DNA from: Octopus sinensis
Lineage: Eukaryota
Assembly (NCBI RefSeq): GCF_006345805.1
Contig: NC_043003.1
Coordinates: 116,188,001 to 116,252,000 of the forward strand
Length of the DNA stretch: 64,000 nucleotides
Direction: 5' to 3'
The position numbers and the translations under genes were made by a program. The notes beneath the pieces were generated by a model. That model ran no database searches. It saw nothing but the letters and a program-made list of their open reading frames with translations, and was not told the DNA's origin. The number at the start of each line of letters is the position of its first letter. Positions within the stretch are counted from its first letter, which is position 1. Positions 10,315 to 23,011 of the stretch are shown one piece after another.

Positions 10315-12660
10315 CAGCCATGCATTTTCTTCTATGCTTGTATTTTATGCGTTTCAGCTCACCAACACAACCCCATCTAGATCTCTCAAGGTCTTTGGTA
10401 AAATATTAAATAGCTGCGAGCCTTTGAATGCCAAGCTATTTCAGTACCTGATATTTACTCTAAACAAGATGGCAGGGACAGGGGCCTAAGGAAACCTGTT
10501 TTGACGTCGAGTTTGGAGATTTATATCACTCACAACGCCAAAGTTTGGTACCAATCTTTCTAGGATCCTCTATATGTATATCTCTGCATATCTCACCTGT
10601 CTTTACTCCATGGAGTAAAGGCGTATCTCTTACGATCTTCTTCAGTAGCTCAGCTGTGTGGAGGTACATGGCCTAGTGGTTAGAGCAGCGAAATTGCGGT
10701 CGAGGGATTGCGGGTTCGAATCTCAGACCGGACGATGTGTGTATTTATGAACGAAAACACTTAAACTGACTCTTTCGCCACAGCTTTCTCTCACTCTTTC
10801 CTCCTGCATCTTGCAGCTCACCTGCTACGGACCGGCGTCCCGTCCAGGTGGGCAACCTATACGCCAAGAAACCGGGAAACCGGCCCTTATGAGCCAGGCA
10901 TTCCTCGAAAAGGAACAAACAACAAATAGCTCAGTTGTTCCATCAGCAAATTCTTCCTGGTGTAGCTCCGCTCTACTGCCTCAAGCTCTGCTATTTATTG
11001 GGCAGTGTGAACTGATCACAGTGGAGGGTAGTATTTCTAACAGCTGAGAACAAATCTACTTCACAGAACCAGCATCGTTTTCTACTCCTTTGTTCTGAAC
11101 GTTCTCAGAATCCCTCCGGTTGCCTGCAAATTACCACTATATTTAGTAATATGTACATGAAATGTAGCGTTGTTGTTTATATCAACTGCAGCGATTTGCC
11201 TAGTATTCTGGGTGAGGAGCGGTTTCACTTTTGCAGCATATTAGTTATCTGAGGAACCCCATTCGCTAATATTCTCACCATGGAGAATGTCCTGTTTCTG
11301 CTCCTCCCTAGCTTCTGTATTTTATGAAGCCATGCTAAGACTCTCATAAATTCCCGATATGCCGAGTTTCCGTGGATTGCGACTTACCATTCTAAGATCA
11401 AATTTCCCAAAGTCCTTTGCAAAATCAATATATGTTACATCCATGTTTGATCGATTTATTAGTTGTTTCAGCAACCAATCATAATTCAGAGAAGGTATGT
11501 GAGGCACATTCCTCCCGAACAGAAGCCGTATTGGTTATCAGGGAGCAGTCCTTATCTTGTAGGGAGGTGATCAGCTCCCTTACATGACTTCGCTGACATG
11601 TGTTGCTAGAGAGACAGGAGGTAGTCCAATAAATTTTAGCATCCGCTTTGCAACTTCCATCATGGATATGACATATTATGCCTTCCTTTCACGTTCTGGT
11701 GTGTCTCCCATCTTCAAGGAAGCTTGAGAAGAGACTCTGCTCCTTTCAATTGCTTTAGACGGATTATTGGGAATTCATCAGGGCGTAAGGGTGAGTTTAA
11801 GTTCATTTTATGAATGGATGATATTACATCAGTTTTCTCTGTTTCTATGTAATCGACCTGAGTTCATATTCAATTTCAAGCAGTGTTTGTTTGGGATTAG
11901 ATTTTTCGATATGTTTTAGCAGTTTGCTTATCGATTTGGGATTTTGCGGCACGTCTGATTAGAATCTTCCTATCCCTGGGGATTATGCTTTTGTGTCGAT
12001 TTGACATTCTCTCTGGAACAAACTTACAGCATATGTCATGCATGATGGTCATAATGTGTTATAGTTTTAGGTCAATATCCTGCGTACAGAGACTGGGGAG
12101 TCAGTTTTGTTCTAGGACGTCTTTTTGAATACATTTCCAATCATCTTTATAGAAATTCAGGTTGCTAAAGGAGGCGGCCTGGGGGACATTCGAGATTAGG
12201 GATGCTGAAGTCTCTTAGAAGAAGTATGTGAAGCCTGTCATCTAGGTTAGTTAATATTTCTATCTTTTTGAGGCTCTCTTCGAATGAGGCCCTATCATCT
12301 GGATCATCCTTTGGACGATATATCGTACATATTACCCTTTTCACATGTTTAATATGAACTATGCGTTTGGCAAAAGTACTACATGGGTGACATCTTCCCG
12401 GATGTACAATGCAGTTCCATCATGAGTACTTTCTCCTCTGTCAGTTCGAAATACAGCGTGCTTCGCTGTGATTCTTAGAATCGGTCATGTGAGTGATGTG
12501 ATGAGTTCTTGTTGGTGCCATCCATATTACTTGGTTACAAGTAACTATCTCTTTCGTGTATTGGTCTTTGCGCTGCTTGGATGATAGAAATCTTCTGGCA
12601 TTTAGCAGGACCACTGGTTTGACATATGGGCTGTCAATAGAGACCACTGGCTAACATATG
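10310..12660 (-). mobile_element. Decayed CR1/L2-group LINE ORF2 (APE plus RT), internally deleted
   Basis: APE-like CTIYRPKD..LLLRDFSIP (about 12200-12450); RT-like LNYDWLLKQLINRSNMDVTYIDFAKDFGKFD (11322-11507); C-terminal RLYSME*R..LERLVPNFG and LAFKGSQLFNILPKTLRDL. Confidence 0.85.
10659..10926 (+). mobile_element. tRNA-derived SINE (head type A, tail type X) nested in the CR1-like LINE
   Basis: A/B boxes TGGCCTAGTGG and GGTTCGAATC; TSD TAGCTCAGCTGTG (10646-10658) / TAGCTCAGTTGTT (10927-10939); the LINE frame (MEQLSY) rejoins when it is removed. Confidence 0.85.
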
Positions 12661-12739
12661 AAGTGGCGTCACATGTGGCCATCCTAGATTTTTTCACTTT
12701 GCAGTGGTCTAATATAAAGTAATACAACGGAAAAACCCA

Positions 12740-12925
12740 CCTTGTGGGGTATATTTGCCAACATGTTGAGCAGTAAATGTGTAATTACACATACATTGAA
12801 TACATGTGGTTGGTTGAACAGAAATTGAATGAGAAAAGCAGGATAACATAAAAGATATGAACAATATATAAATGCTTGATAAAAAAAAGGAGTTGTGAGG
12901 AGCATCACACATATTCAATGAAAAA
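12740..12925 (-). repeat. Second copy of the 180-bp segment at 10029-10210
   Basis: TTGTGGGGTATATTTGCCAACATG..CACACATATTCAATGAAAAA shared with few substitutions. Confidence 0.85.
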
Positions 12926-13466
12926 TCTCATGATCATCATAACTAACAAGGAAAATGCTTATTCAACGTAATTCGCTCTCAGGTACATATGCATGCTGAG
13001 ACTAAACCTATTGATTCATGCCGTTTCCCAGCTCTCTCAAAGTATTTAAGGAACTTACAGGAGAACAGAATAATCCTCTCCCCTATCCTTCCCCTTCCGA
13101 ATGACGAAGTAGTAAAGACTTCACCAGACTGGAACACAATCAGTTTCCACACTTTTCCACAAGCCAGTCTCTTTTGGCCATCAGAGAGTAGGAATGTGCC
13201 TATCATTGTCTCTTAAACAACGGATGGTCAGGAAATATCACAGTGGAATCTACCAATAATTGCATGTGTCATACATAGCACAGCCGTTGTTAGACATAAC
13301 TCCACATTTTACTAAGGAGAGACACGGGTTCCGCGTGTGCTTAACTGTTCCATTTTTGTGAATACATCTTCAGCTAACCGAAAGTAATTTCGGAAATGTA
13401 GAGACTGTCTATAATTATCAGGTACGTTTTTTCATATGTACTTCCCCAGTCGATAAAGCACATACC

Positions 13467-14400
13467 TATTTCTTTATTGCCCACAAGGGGCTAAACACAG
13501 AAGGGACAAACACGGACAGACAAACGGATTAAGTCGATTGCATCAACCCTAGTGTGTAAGTGGTACTTAATTTATCGACCCCGAAAGGATGACAGGCAAA
13601 GTCGACCTCGGCAGAATTTGAACTCAGAACGTAACAGCAGACAAAATACATATTTCTTTATTAGCCACAAGGGGCTAAACGTAGAGGGGACAAACAAGGA
13701 CATACAATGGTATTAAGCCGATTACATCGACCCCAGTGCGTAATTGGTACTTAATTTATCCACCCCGAAAGGATGAAAGGCAAAGTCGACCTCGGCAGGA
13801 TTTGAACTCAGAACGTAACGGCAGACGAAATACCTATTTCTTTATTAGCCACAAGGGGATAAACATAGAGGGGACAAACAAGGACATACAATGGTATTAA
13901 GCCGATTACATCGACCCCAGTGCGTAATTGGTACTTAATTTATCCACCCCGAAAGGATGAAAGGCAAAGTCGACCTCGGCAAGATTTGAACTCAGAACGT
14001 AACGGCAGACGAAATACCTATTTCTTTATTAGCCACAAGGGGCTACACACAGAGAGGACAAACAAGGACATACAACGGTATTAAGCCGATTACATCGACC
14101 CCAGTGCGTAATTGGTACTTAATTTATCCACCCCGAAAGGATGAAAGGCAAAGTCGACCTCGGCAGAATTTGAACTCAGAACGTAACGGCAGACGAAATA
14201 CTTATTTCTTTATTAGCCACAAGGGGATAAACATAGAGGGGACAAACAAGGACATACAACGGTATTAAGCCGATTACATCGACCCCAGTGCGTAACTGGT
14301 ACTTAATTTATCGACCCCGAGAGGATGACTGGCAAAGTAGACCTTGGCAGACGAAATACCGTTAAGCATAATGCCTGGAGCGCTTGCGTTTCTGCTACCT
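13467..14400 (-). repeat. Tandem array of SINE S1: one headed unit plus four head-less 184-bp units
   Basis: Unit starts at 13467, 13651, 13835, 14019 and 14203 (period 184). Confidence 0.95.
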
Positions 14401-15123
14401 TTTTGTGTTTCAGGATACTTTTTTTAATTTTGTATATGACTGCGTTAACACCTGCCAACTGTTTTTTTCTTCTGTTGTCATATTTCTATGTAGCTGTTCT
14501 TTTCAATCTGCTTTGTAAACATTTTAGGTAAGCAGTTACTGTCACCAAATTTGAAGCTAACTCAAAAATAGTAAAATGGAAAGACAGCTTAAGCAATCAA
14601 AATGGAAACTTACAAAATTATGGAAACGTTCAAATATGTACATATTAATATAATATTAATGTTTGAGGATGAATCCCCTTAATCAATCCACTACAATTCA
14701 GTAGGCAATCTAATACACGAAAAGTTTTATTGATAAATGCACAAGAGAAAGAATGACAGAAAAAAAACTTTTTCATTAAATTATCTTGAAAGGAAATGTC
14801 CTCTAAGCTGAACTCGACGCTTGAGTCCACGATGAACACGCCATATAAATAACGGGAACAACACAATCAATAACAATAGCATTATCAATAAAAGCAAATA
14901 CAATAGCAATAACAACACCAATGAATATGATAGCAATAGAGAGAATAAGAATTTAATAGATTTTTGTCACAAAACAGTCATTTTAGTTATAGAAGTATAG
15001 GTAACATTGACACCACCGCAACCATCAACCCAGCAACAAGAATTATTGTTGTTGTTGTCGTTGTTCTTGCAGTTGTTGTTCTTACTACTGCTGTTGTCGC
15101 TATTGTTACTATTACTATTTTTA

Positions 15124-15625
15124 TTCAGTGAGAGAGAAGCACATGTCATGAAAGTGATACCGGGTAGAAATATGCAGAGCACAACATACCCATCATGACG
15201 ACCCGCCTGACAAATGCATAAGAGACATAAATGCGCATCGAAGTGATCTCATATCAAGATAAACAGCGCATGAACTTTCAGGTGGGGCCCAGTTAGAATT
15301 TTCTTCATGTTGATTAGCACATCCCACTTAAAAGATCACAAAATAACGGTTGTTGAAGGATGTTGAACGAAACACACATGTTTTCAGAGGTAAATTATTC
15401 AAACCCCAAAGAATTCATTTCAGCACATGGCTATAATGCTCCCTAACGAATCCGGCGCGTCATCTGGTGAAGGTCAAGCAAATCGCAAGTAAATCTACGT
15501 TCCTGAGCAGAATATTTACTGTAGCTTATCTTTTATTCCAAGACAAAAAACATATACATGATAACGACTCTGATCAGTAACGTTTCAGACGCTATTTGAG
15601 CAACTGCCTGCTATTGCATCGAGTC
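15124..15625 (-). mobile_element. Old copy of the 550-bp (AAT)n-embedded non-coding element (family N550)
   Basis: Diverged match to 30416-30965 including both ends. Confidence 0.75.
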
Positions 15626-15628
15626 TAC

Positions 15629-16296
<668 letters not shown>

Positions 16297-16365
16297 ATCT
16301 CATTATTATTATTATTATCATCTTCATTATTATCATTATTATTATTATTATCATCCTTATTATCA

Positions 16366-16396
<31 letters not shown>

Positions 16397-16400
<4 letters not shown>

Positions 16401-17069
16401 TAGTTTTATTTTTATAGCGTGCTTTCACTTCACTACCGAGCGCAGCTCTGTGTGCCTTAGGTATGTGCTGTGATTTGTTGTGATGCTCTGATGGTTATTG
16501 TATGGAAAGTGTTCTGGGTAGGATGTGTGCAGTGCCTAGTAGTGCAATTTTCTGTATGTTATATGTGTTTGTAAGTCCTGGTGTTTTTGTTATGTATTTG
16601 TCTGAATATTTTTTTATCATGCCTAATACACCTACTATGATAGGAATTGTTTCTGTTTTCAGATTCCACATTCTAGTTACCTCTATTTCCAGGTCTTTGT
16701 ATTTTGAGAGTTTCTCCATTTCTTTTAGAGACACGTTGTCATCTGCCGGTATTGATACATCAATTAGAAAGCATTTTTTTTTCTTCATGATCTCTGACAA
16801 CTATATCTGGTCTGTTGGCCTTAATTTCTCTATCTGTGTGTATCGGCATATCCCAGAGTATGGTTGCTTTCTCGTTTGGTGTGACCTTTTCTGGTGTGTG
16901 CCTATACCATCTTTTTTCTGTTGTTATTTCATAATGTTGGCATAGCTTCCAGTGTATGTAGGTTCCAATTCTGTCATGTCTGTGAATATATTCCTTCTTA
17001 GCCAGGACTGGGCAGCCAGAAATAATATGAATTATTGTTTCTTGTCTATCTCCACATATTCTGGAGTTA
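16397..17069 (-). mobile_element. R4/Dong-type LINE 3' end (CCHC zinc knuckle plus REL endonuclease), family A
   Basis: CGDRQETIIHIISGC..HRHDRIG..KANRPDIVVRDH..CFLIDVSIP..EKLSKYKDLEIE..IQKIALLGTAHIL; one frameshift; 3'UTR ends ACTACTG(AAT)n. Confidence 0.9.
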
Positions 17070-17070
17070 C

Positions 17071-17130
<60 letters not shown>

Positions 17131-17213
17131 CATCATCATTATTATCCTTATTATTATTATTATTATCATCATCATTATTATCCTTATTATTATTATTATT
17201 ATCATCATTATTA

Positions 17214-17248
<35 letters not shown>

Positions 17249-17291
17249 TATTATTATTATTATTATCATTATTATTATTATTATTATTATT

Positions 17292-17585
17292 GCCTTTGCA
17301 CAGCTTCTAACGCTGGAGATGTACTACAGTGTCAGCTGTTCACTACCAGTGAACTAAGATAATAGCTCATATTTTTCGAACACGTTCCAGAGTATACAAG
17401 CAGTTCCAAGCAGTGCTGTTTTCTGCAAGTGCTCCACCATTATTGCAGCCCCTATTTACTTCTCTAGATTTTTGCTCACTGTTCCCAGGGCTCTGACAAT
17501 TATTGGTACTATCCCCCACCTTTTTCATCGACCACAACTACTTAACTTCCCAAGGTAACCAGTGATATCCCTCAACTCTTCTTTC
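17292..17585 (-). mobile_element. R4/Dong-type LINE 3' end, family B
   Basis: VPIIVRALGTV..HLQKTALLGTACILWNVFEK; 3'UTR ends GAAGCTGTGCAAAGGC(AAT)n; same end at 29338-29410. Confidence 0.8.
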
Positions 17586-17587
17586 TT

Positions 17588-17588
17588 C

Positions 17589-17649
<61 letters not shown>

Positions 17650-17650
17650 C

Positions 17651-17694
<44 letters not shown>
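17588..17694. repeat. (TAG)n microsatellite
   Basis: Direct reading. Confidence 0.95.
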
Positions 17695-17771
17695 CGTTCT
17701 TGCTGTTGTTGATGATGATGTAGTCATCTGTCTGGGGTTGATCAGTAATGTACAGAGGGGCATTCTACTTT

Positions 17772-17970
17772 TCGAAGACGGCCAATTGGCAGCATCTTTA
17801 GCACGCCGGGCAAAATGCTTAGCGCCCTTTCATCCGTCCTTACGTTCCGAATTCTAATTTTCATCTTTCCGTGGTCAATGATATAAGTTCTAATTGAAAT
17901 CTGGTGTCCATGTAATCGACTTAACCCTTCCCATAACTTTCAAGCCTTGTGCCTATAGTGGAAAAGGTTA
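17772..17970 (+). mobile_element. Degenerate SINE with S1-like head and a different tail (S2), ending in (ATT)n
   Basis: TTAGCACGCCGGGCAAAATGCTTAGCG head; tail GCCTTGTGCCTATAGTGGAAAAGGTTATTATT. Confidence 0.65.
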
Positions 17971-18143
17971 TTATTATTTTTATTATTATTATTATTATTG
18001 TTGTTGTTGTTGTTGTTGTTGCATTAATAATAATAATTATTATTATTATTGTTGTTATAATAATAATAATAATAATAATAAAATAATAATAATAATAATA
18101 ATAATAATTAATATTATTATTATTATAATTACTACTATTATTA

Positions 18144-18211
<68 letters not shown>

Positions 18212-18336
18212 ATTACTATTATTATTATAATTATATTATTATAATTATTATTATAATTACTATTATTATCATTATTATTATTATTATTATATTATTATTA
18301 TTATTATTATCCTCATTATTATTAATATTATTATTA

Positions 18337-18376
<40 letters not shown>

Positions 18377-18387
18377 CATTATTATTA

Positions 18388-18432
<45 letters not shown>

Positions 18433-18587
18433 ATGACGACGACAAAGAAGAAGAAGAAGAAGAGGAGGAAGAAGAAGAAGAAGAAGAAGAAGAAGAAGAA
18501 GAGAAGAAGAAGAAGAAGAAGAAGAAGAAGAAGAAAGAAGAAGAAGAAGAAGAAGAAGAAGAAGAAGAAGAAGAAGAAGAAGAAGAA
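17968..18587. repeat. Compound microsatellite (ATT)n/(GTT)n/(AAT)n/(ATT)n/(GAA)n
   Basis: Direct reading. Confidence 0.95.
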
Positions 18588-19786
18588 TGTGTAATTGTAA
18601 TAAACAATGTGTAACACATGAAGGAGTGAATGTGTAGTGACGACGGCAGAGTTTTCTAAAGCAATATTGAAAGAAAGAGGAAGAAATAGGAAATCTGTTG
18701 TGAAGTGGGAAAGCTTTGTGAGTGCGCTGTTAAATTTGTGTGTGCGTTGTGATGCACGCAAGTCTGTGTGTTTATTTGTAAGGTTGTGTGTGTTTATGTG
18801 TGTGTTAATGCATATGTGTCTTATCTTAACAGTTAGCAAGCAGTTATGTGAGATCTATAAACATGTTATTAAGTCAATAATGGAAGCCCTAGGCAAAGCA
18901 AGCAGTCTGATGTTAACGCATGATATATCTCATGTTATGTAGCAAGTAAATCATTACTCCTACTGCGTTGCAAAGAAATTGCTGCGCAGCTTGGAAATGA
19001 AATGTTAAACCATGACAAATTGGATATTTCGTTACGGAGATATGCAGAATAATACCGAAATCATTTCATCACACACGGTAATGTTTTATTCAAATACAAG
19101 AAAAAAATTATAATTTAATATCCGTCCTGTTTGTTATGTATTCACTAATATAGGAGATATAGGAAAAATGAAATATTTCGGTTATGACATAAACGCAGTT
19201 TCATTTGAGAGATGCAACTTGTTCGGTTAATATGAATGTCAGACAGCCATTCAAGCGAAATATCAACAGTTCGGTTTTTACGTTAAATTCGTTGTAGTGA
19301 GTCGACAAGCAAACGAGGTATTTCTTAAATGTAATATTTACAGCGGAAATATCCCAATCCATTCTGAAATAACTCTATATTAGAACATATCTTCATGTTT
19401 GTGGAGTTTAATGAAACTGGAAAGCATGCTTACACATAGCAGCAATAAAGTGACAAATACTTGAGCATAATTTCGTTGATCGACTTTCTCTACAGAGGGT
19501 GAATGTAGATGCAGTTTACGTACAGAGCCTCGTTTCATGTTTACGAAAGACGAATCTACACCACGAATGATATAGAAGACATAGTTTTTTTGTGAAAATG
19601 GATTCATTCTCAAACCAATTTCTGCATATGGATAATTCAGCCTGTTTGAACGTCTTAATGCACTATCAAAGTCCAGATTCACGAACATCATGAGTCATCT
19701 ATCATTTTATTCTCCATTTTCAACACTTCCTTGCTGGCACAATCATTAGTGCATCGGACAAAATGCTTAGCGGTATTTTGTTAAAA

Positions 19787-20205
19787 AAGGCGGGGAGCTG
19801 TGGCAGAATCGTTATCACGCCGGGCGAAATGCTTAGCGGTATTTCGTCTGCCGCTACGCTCTGAGTTCAAATTCCGCCGTGGTCGACTTTGCCTTTCATC
19901 CTTTCGGGGTCGATTAAATAAGTACCAGTTACTTACTGGGGTCAATATAATCGACTTAATCCGTTTGTCTGTCTTTGTTTGTCCTCTCTGTGTTTAGCCC
20001 CTTGTGGGTAGTAAAGAAATAGGTATATCGTCTGCCGCTACGTTCTGAGTTCCAATTCCGCCGAGGTCAACTTTGCCTTTCATCCTTTCGGGGTCGATTA
20101 AATAAGAACCAGTTGCGCACTGGAGTCGATGTAATCGTCTTGATCGGTTTGTCTGTCTTTGTCTGTCCCCTCTGTGTGTAGCCCCTTGTGGGTAGTAAAA
20201 AAATA
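19787..20205 (+). mobile_element. SINE S1 dimer (headed unit plus head-less unit)
   Basis: Junction AAAGAAATAGGTATATCGTCTG at about 20015-20035, same junction type as the 13467 array; TSD GGTATTTTGTT (19772) / GGTATATTGTT (20206). Confidence 0.9.
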
Positions 20206-20584
20206 GGTATATTGTTCTATGTGCTTCTTATTGTGCCAACTCACCAATGTTGAAAATAGCGAATGAAATAATAGGTGACTCGTGATATTTGAAATGGAAT
20301 ACCCCCTCCCCTCAAAATATTGCTTGTCCTGAATCTCGTAATGCACTGGCGTCGCTTTTATGGGTATTGGTGTGATCTCGGTCATTCATGGGACTTGTGG
20401 GTTCTAGTGCTCAAGAAACACATCACTGCTGGCGTTGACGAAATAATTATTCAATAAGCATAATTATTCAGTTGATATGAGGAGCAAATCAATAGTCAAG
20501 CAATGCTTAAATTCGTTTATAACTGATTATTTCACAGATTTCAAAAGACTGGTGTTGTCTGAATACAGTATTCTATGTGAGAAA

Positions 20585-20955
20585 ATCGGTTTCAAATGTT
20601 GGCACAAGACCAGCAAATTTGGGGTGAGGGGGTAAGTCAAACCTGGGTGGTATTTGAACTCAGAACATAAGGACGAACGAACTGCCGCGCAGCATTTTTC
20701 TCGGCATGCAAACAATTCAACCAGCCTAGCGCCTTATTCTATGCGAGAATATAAGCAACAACTTGAGAGCGCTGGCCAAACCGCTCACCGGCATTTTGTC
20801 CGTCTTTACGCTCTGAGTTTAAATTCCGCTGTGGTCGACTTCGTCTTTCATCATTTCGAGGCCGATAAACAAGAATCAGTTCAGCACTGAGATTACTGTA
20901 ATCTCCTTACTCACTCCTCCGAAAATGCTGGCCTTGTGCCAATATTTGGAATCAA
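20585..20955. mobile_element. Two degenerate S2-type SINE pieces, head-to-head (minus 20585-20735, plus 20768-20955)
   Basis: TTTGAACTCAGAAC and CTGAGTTTAAATTCCGCTGTGGTCGAC motifs; tails TTGGCACAAGACCAGC and GCTGGCCTTGTGCCAA. Confidence 0.6.
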
Positions 20956-22275
20956 TATCTACACGGGCATGAGCGACGCTCATTCAAAGAACAACATCCA
21001 AATATATCGAATAGACAATTCATAGCTAAATTAAATATTGCATTAAATTATAGATACGAACTCCCGTACCACTTTTCCACCCGAAATATACATGCCTCTT
21101 TCTTCCTGAGCCTTTCTCTTCATGGAATCTCTTCAATTCTCTCTATTGCCCCTCTTTTTCTAACGGCTGTTTTCATTTTCGTATTTGTATGTAGAACCAA
21201 CAGACATTTATTTTACTTCGAACTCAAAGCGTATGTGTTTTTTTTTTAGAGAGAGTATGTGTGAACGTGTGACTGAGTGTGTTTGATTTTTGTGAATGTG
21301 GAGGTGAAAGGGCCTGCATGCGTCTCTATGTGCTCTGTCTTTAAGAACATTAATTCGTTGGACCGAAACACTTTAATGTCAAAACAGAACACAAGAAATA
21401 GAAGAGTACGTTACATATTCTCTTGTGGTGGGAGGCAAATGTGGAAAGGAAAGAATGTGGGTGTATGTGCGTGTGTGTGTGTTCACATACATGCATATAT
21501 ATGAGTGTGTACTTGTTTTGTATATGCGTGTGTGAATATGTATGCCTGTCATTATCATTTGTTAATTTTACTAAATTGTTGCATAATTTTACATTTATCT
21601 AATGAAAAGATGCTAATCACCGTTATTAGACTAAATACAATATAATCAACACTTTGTTTTGTTTCAATTTCGTCGGTTAGAATTAAAAATTCATTCGATC
21701 GAGTATGATTGTATTCAATAAAAATATAATAGCATACCCAACGGCATATGATAACTGTGTGTATATATCGTGAAACAAATTTCAGTTTCTTTTTAAAAAA
21801 ATTATCTATCGGAGAAACAAATCAGAAGATTGTATACTGCCTCAATAAAGCCGAAGATGATTATGGTTAGAATGCCTTTATAGTATAATTGCTCAATCAG
21901 CGCTGTGCTTGATATGAGAAAGAAAATCTAAAAGAGGAAGAAAATTGCTCACCAATTCTTATATAATATCGGGGTTTCAAGCTCTTTTATTTAATTTATT
22001 GAAATTTCTCTTGGGAAAGGAGTTAGTCTTGTCAGTCTACCGTATCAACTGAACATTCCAAAGTGTGGTGATCCTTGCAATATGAAAGATTGCTATTTGT
22101 ATATCCCCGATTTTCCGTTCATTGATCCGGAGAAGTTTACGTGGGAATATAATAAATTATGTGATTTGAAACCCAGGCTCTCATCTGTAGAGCATATGTT
22201 TGTTCAGGTAGATTTCATTAAAAAACAGCTCTCGACACACACACAAACACACACATACACACACACACACACACA

Positions 22276-22449
22276 CCGTTGGCGATTTTTTTTCCTCTGT
22301 CTTCCCTTCTCTGGATCTTTCCTCCTATGTTTCCGACGAAGAGCTCCGCTCGAAACGTTAAACGCTTCTTCTCTCCTGAGCGTCCAATAATACTATATTT
22401 ATTCCACGTCCTCGCGTTGTTGTGTTTTTTTGTGCTTTCTTGTTTGGAT

Positions 22450-22453
<4 letters not shown>
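22276..22453 (+). mobile_element. Penelope-like terminal fragment with hammerhead motif (family H-CG)
   Basis: Homologous to 43037-43240; motif 22329-22363 GUUU-CCGACGA-A-GAGC(UCC)GCUC-GAAAC-GUU-AAAC; between (CA)n and (TA)n. Confidence 0.7.
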
Positions 22454-22509
<56 letters not shown>

Positions 22510-22762
22510 CGGACAGAAGATTTGCAAAGCAGAGGGGAGTAATGAAGTAAGATAATTTTCTAGCCAAATCTCTGCAAAAAAATATAATGGAGGTCAGGGC
22601 AACAAGGTCATAGTAACGAGTCATCGTAACGCTCTCCTAACTCAACGAAGCCTACCGTTCTTCTTCATGATCTTCGGACACAAAGAGTCACTTAAGCGCA
22701 CTCAGACACACACACACACACACACACATACATATGTGTGTGTATATATATATATATATATA

Positions 22763-22884
22763 TTGGCCTGCTCACTTAGCCAGCGGGGTGGCATCATTCG
22801 AAGGCTAAAATAATGCGAAGCGCACTGTAACTAGCAATGTGTAGCAACATCTGATAGCCAGGTCGGTAACGGTGATCACGGTGA
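22763..22884 (+). repeat. 120-bp (TA)n-embedded structured repeat, copy 1
   Basis: Homologous to 40752-40870. Confidence 0.8.
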
Positions 22885-22897
22885 TATATATATATAT

Positions 22898-22962
<65 letters not shown>

Positions 22963-22968
22963 CGTATA

Positions 22969-23011
<43 letters not shown>

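Noticed and set aside
13467-14400. CRISPR-like regular array
   Set aside because: Units are 184-bp SINE bodies with no unique spacers; eukaryotic context and no cas genes.
19380-19691. 103-aa minus ORF as a host exon
   Set aside because: No recognisable domain or clear splice signals; length compatible with chance.
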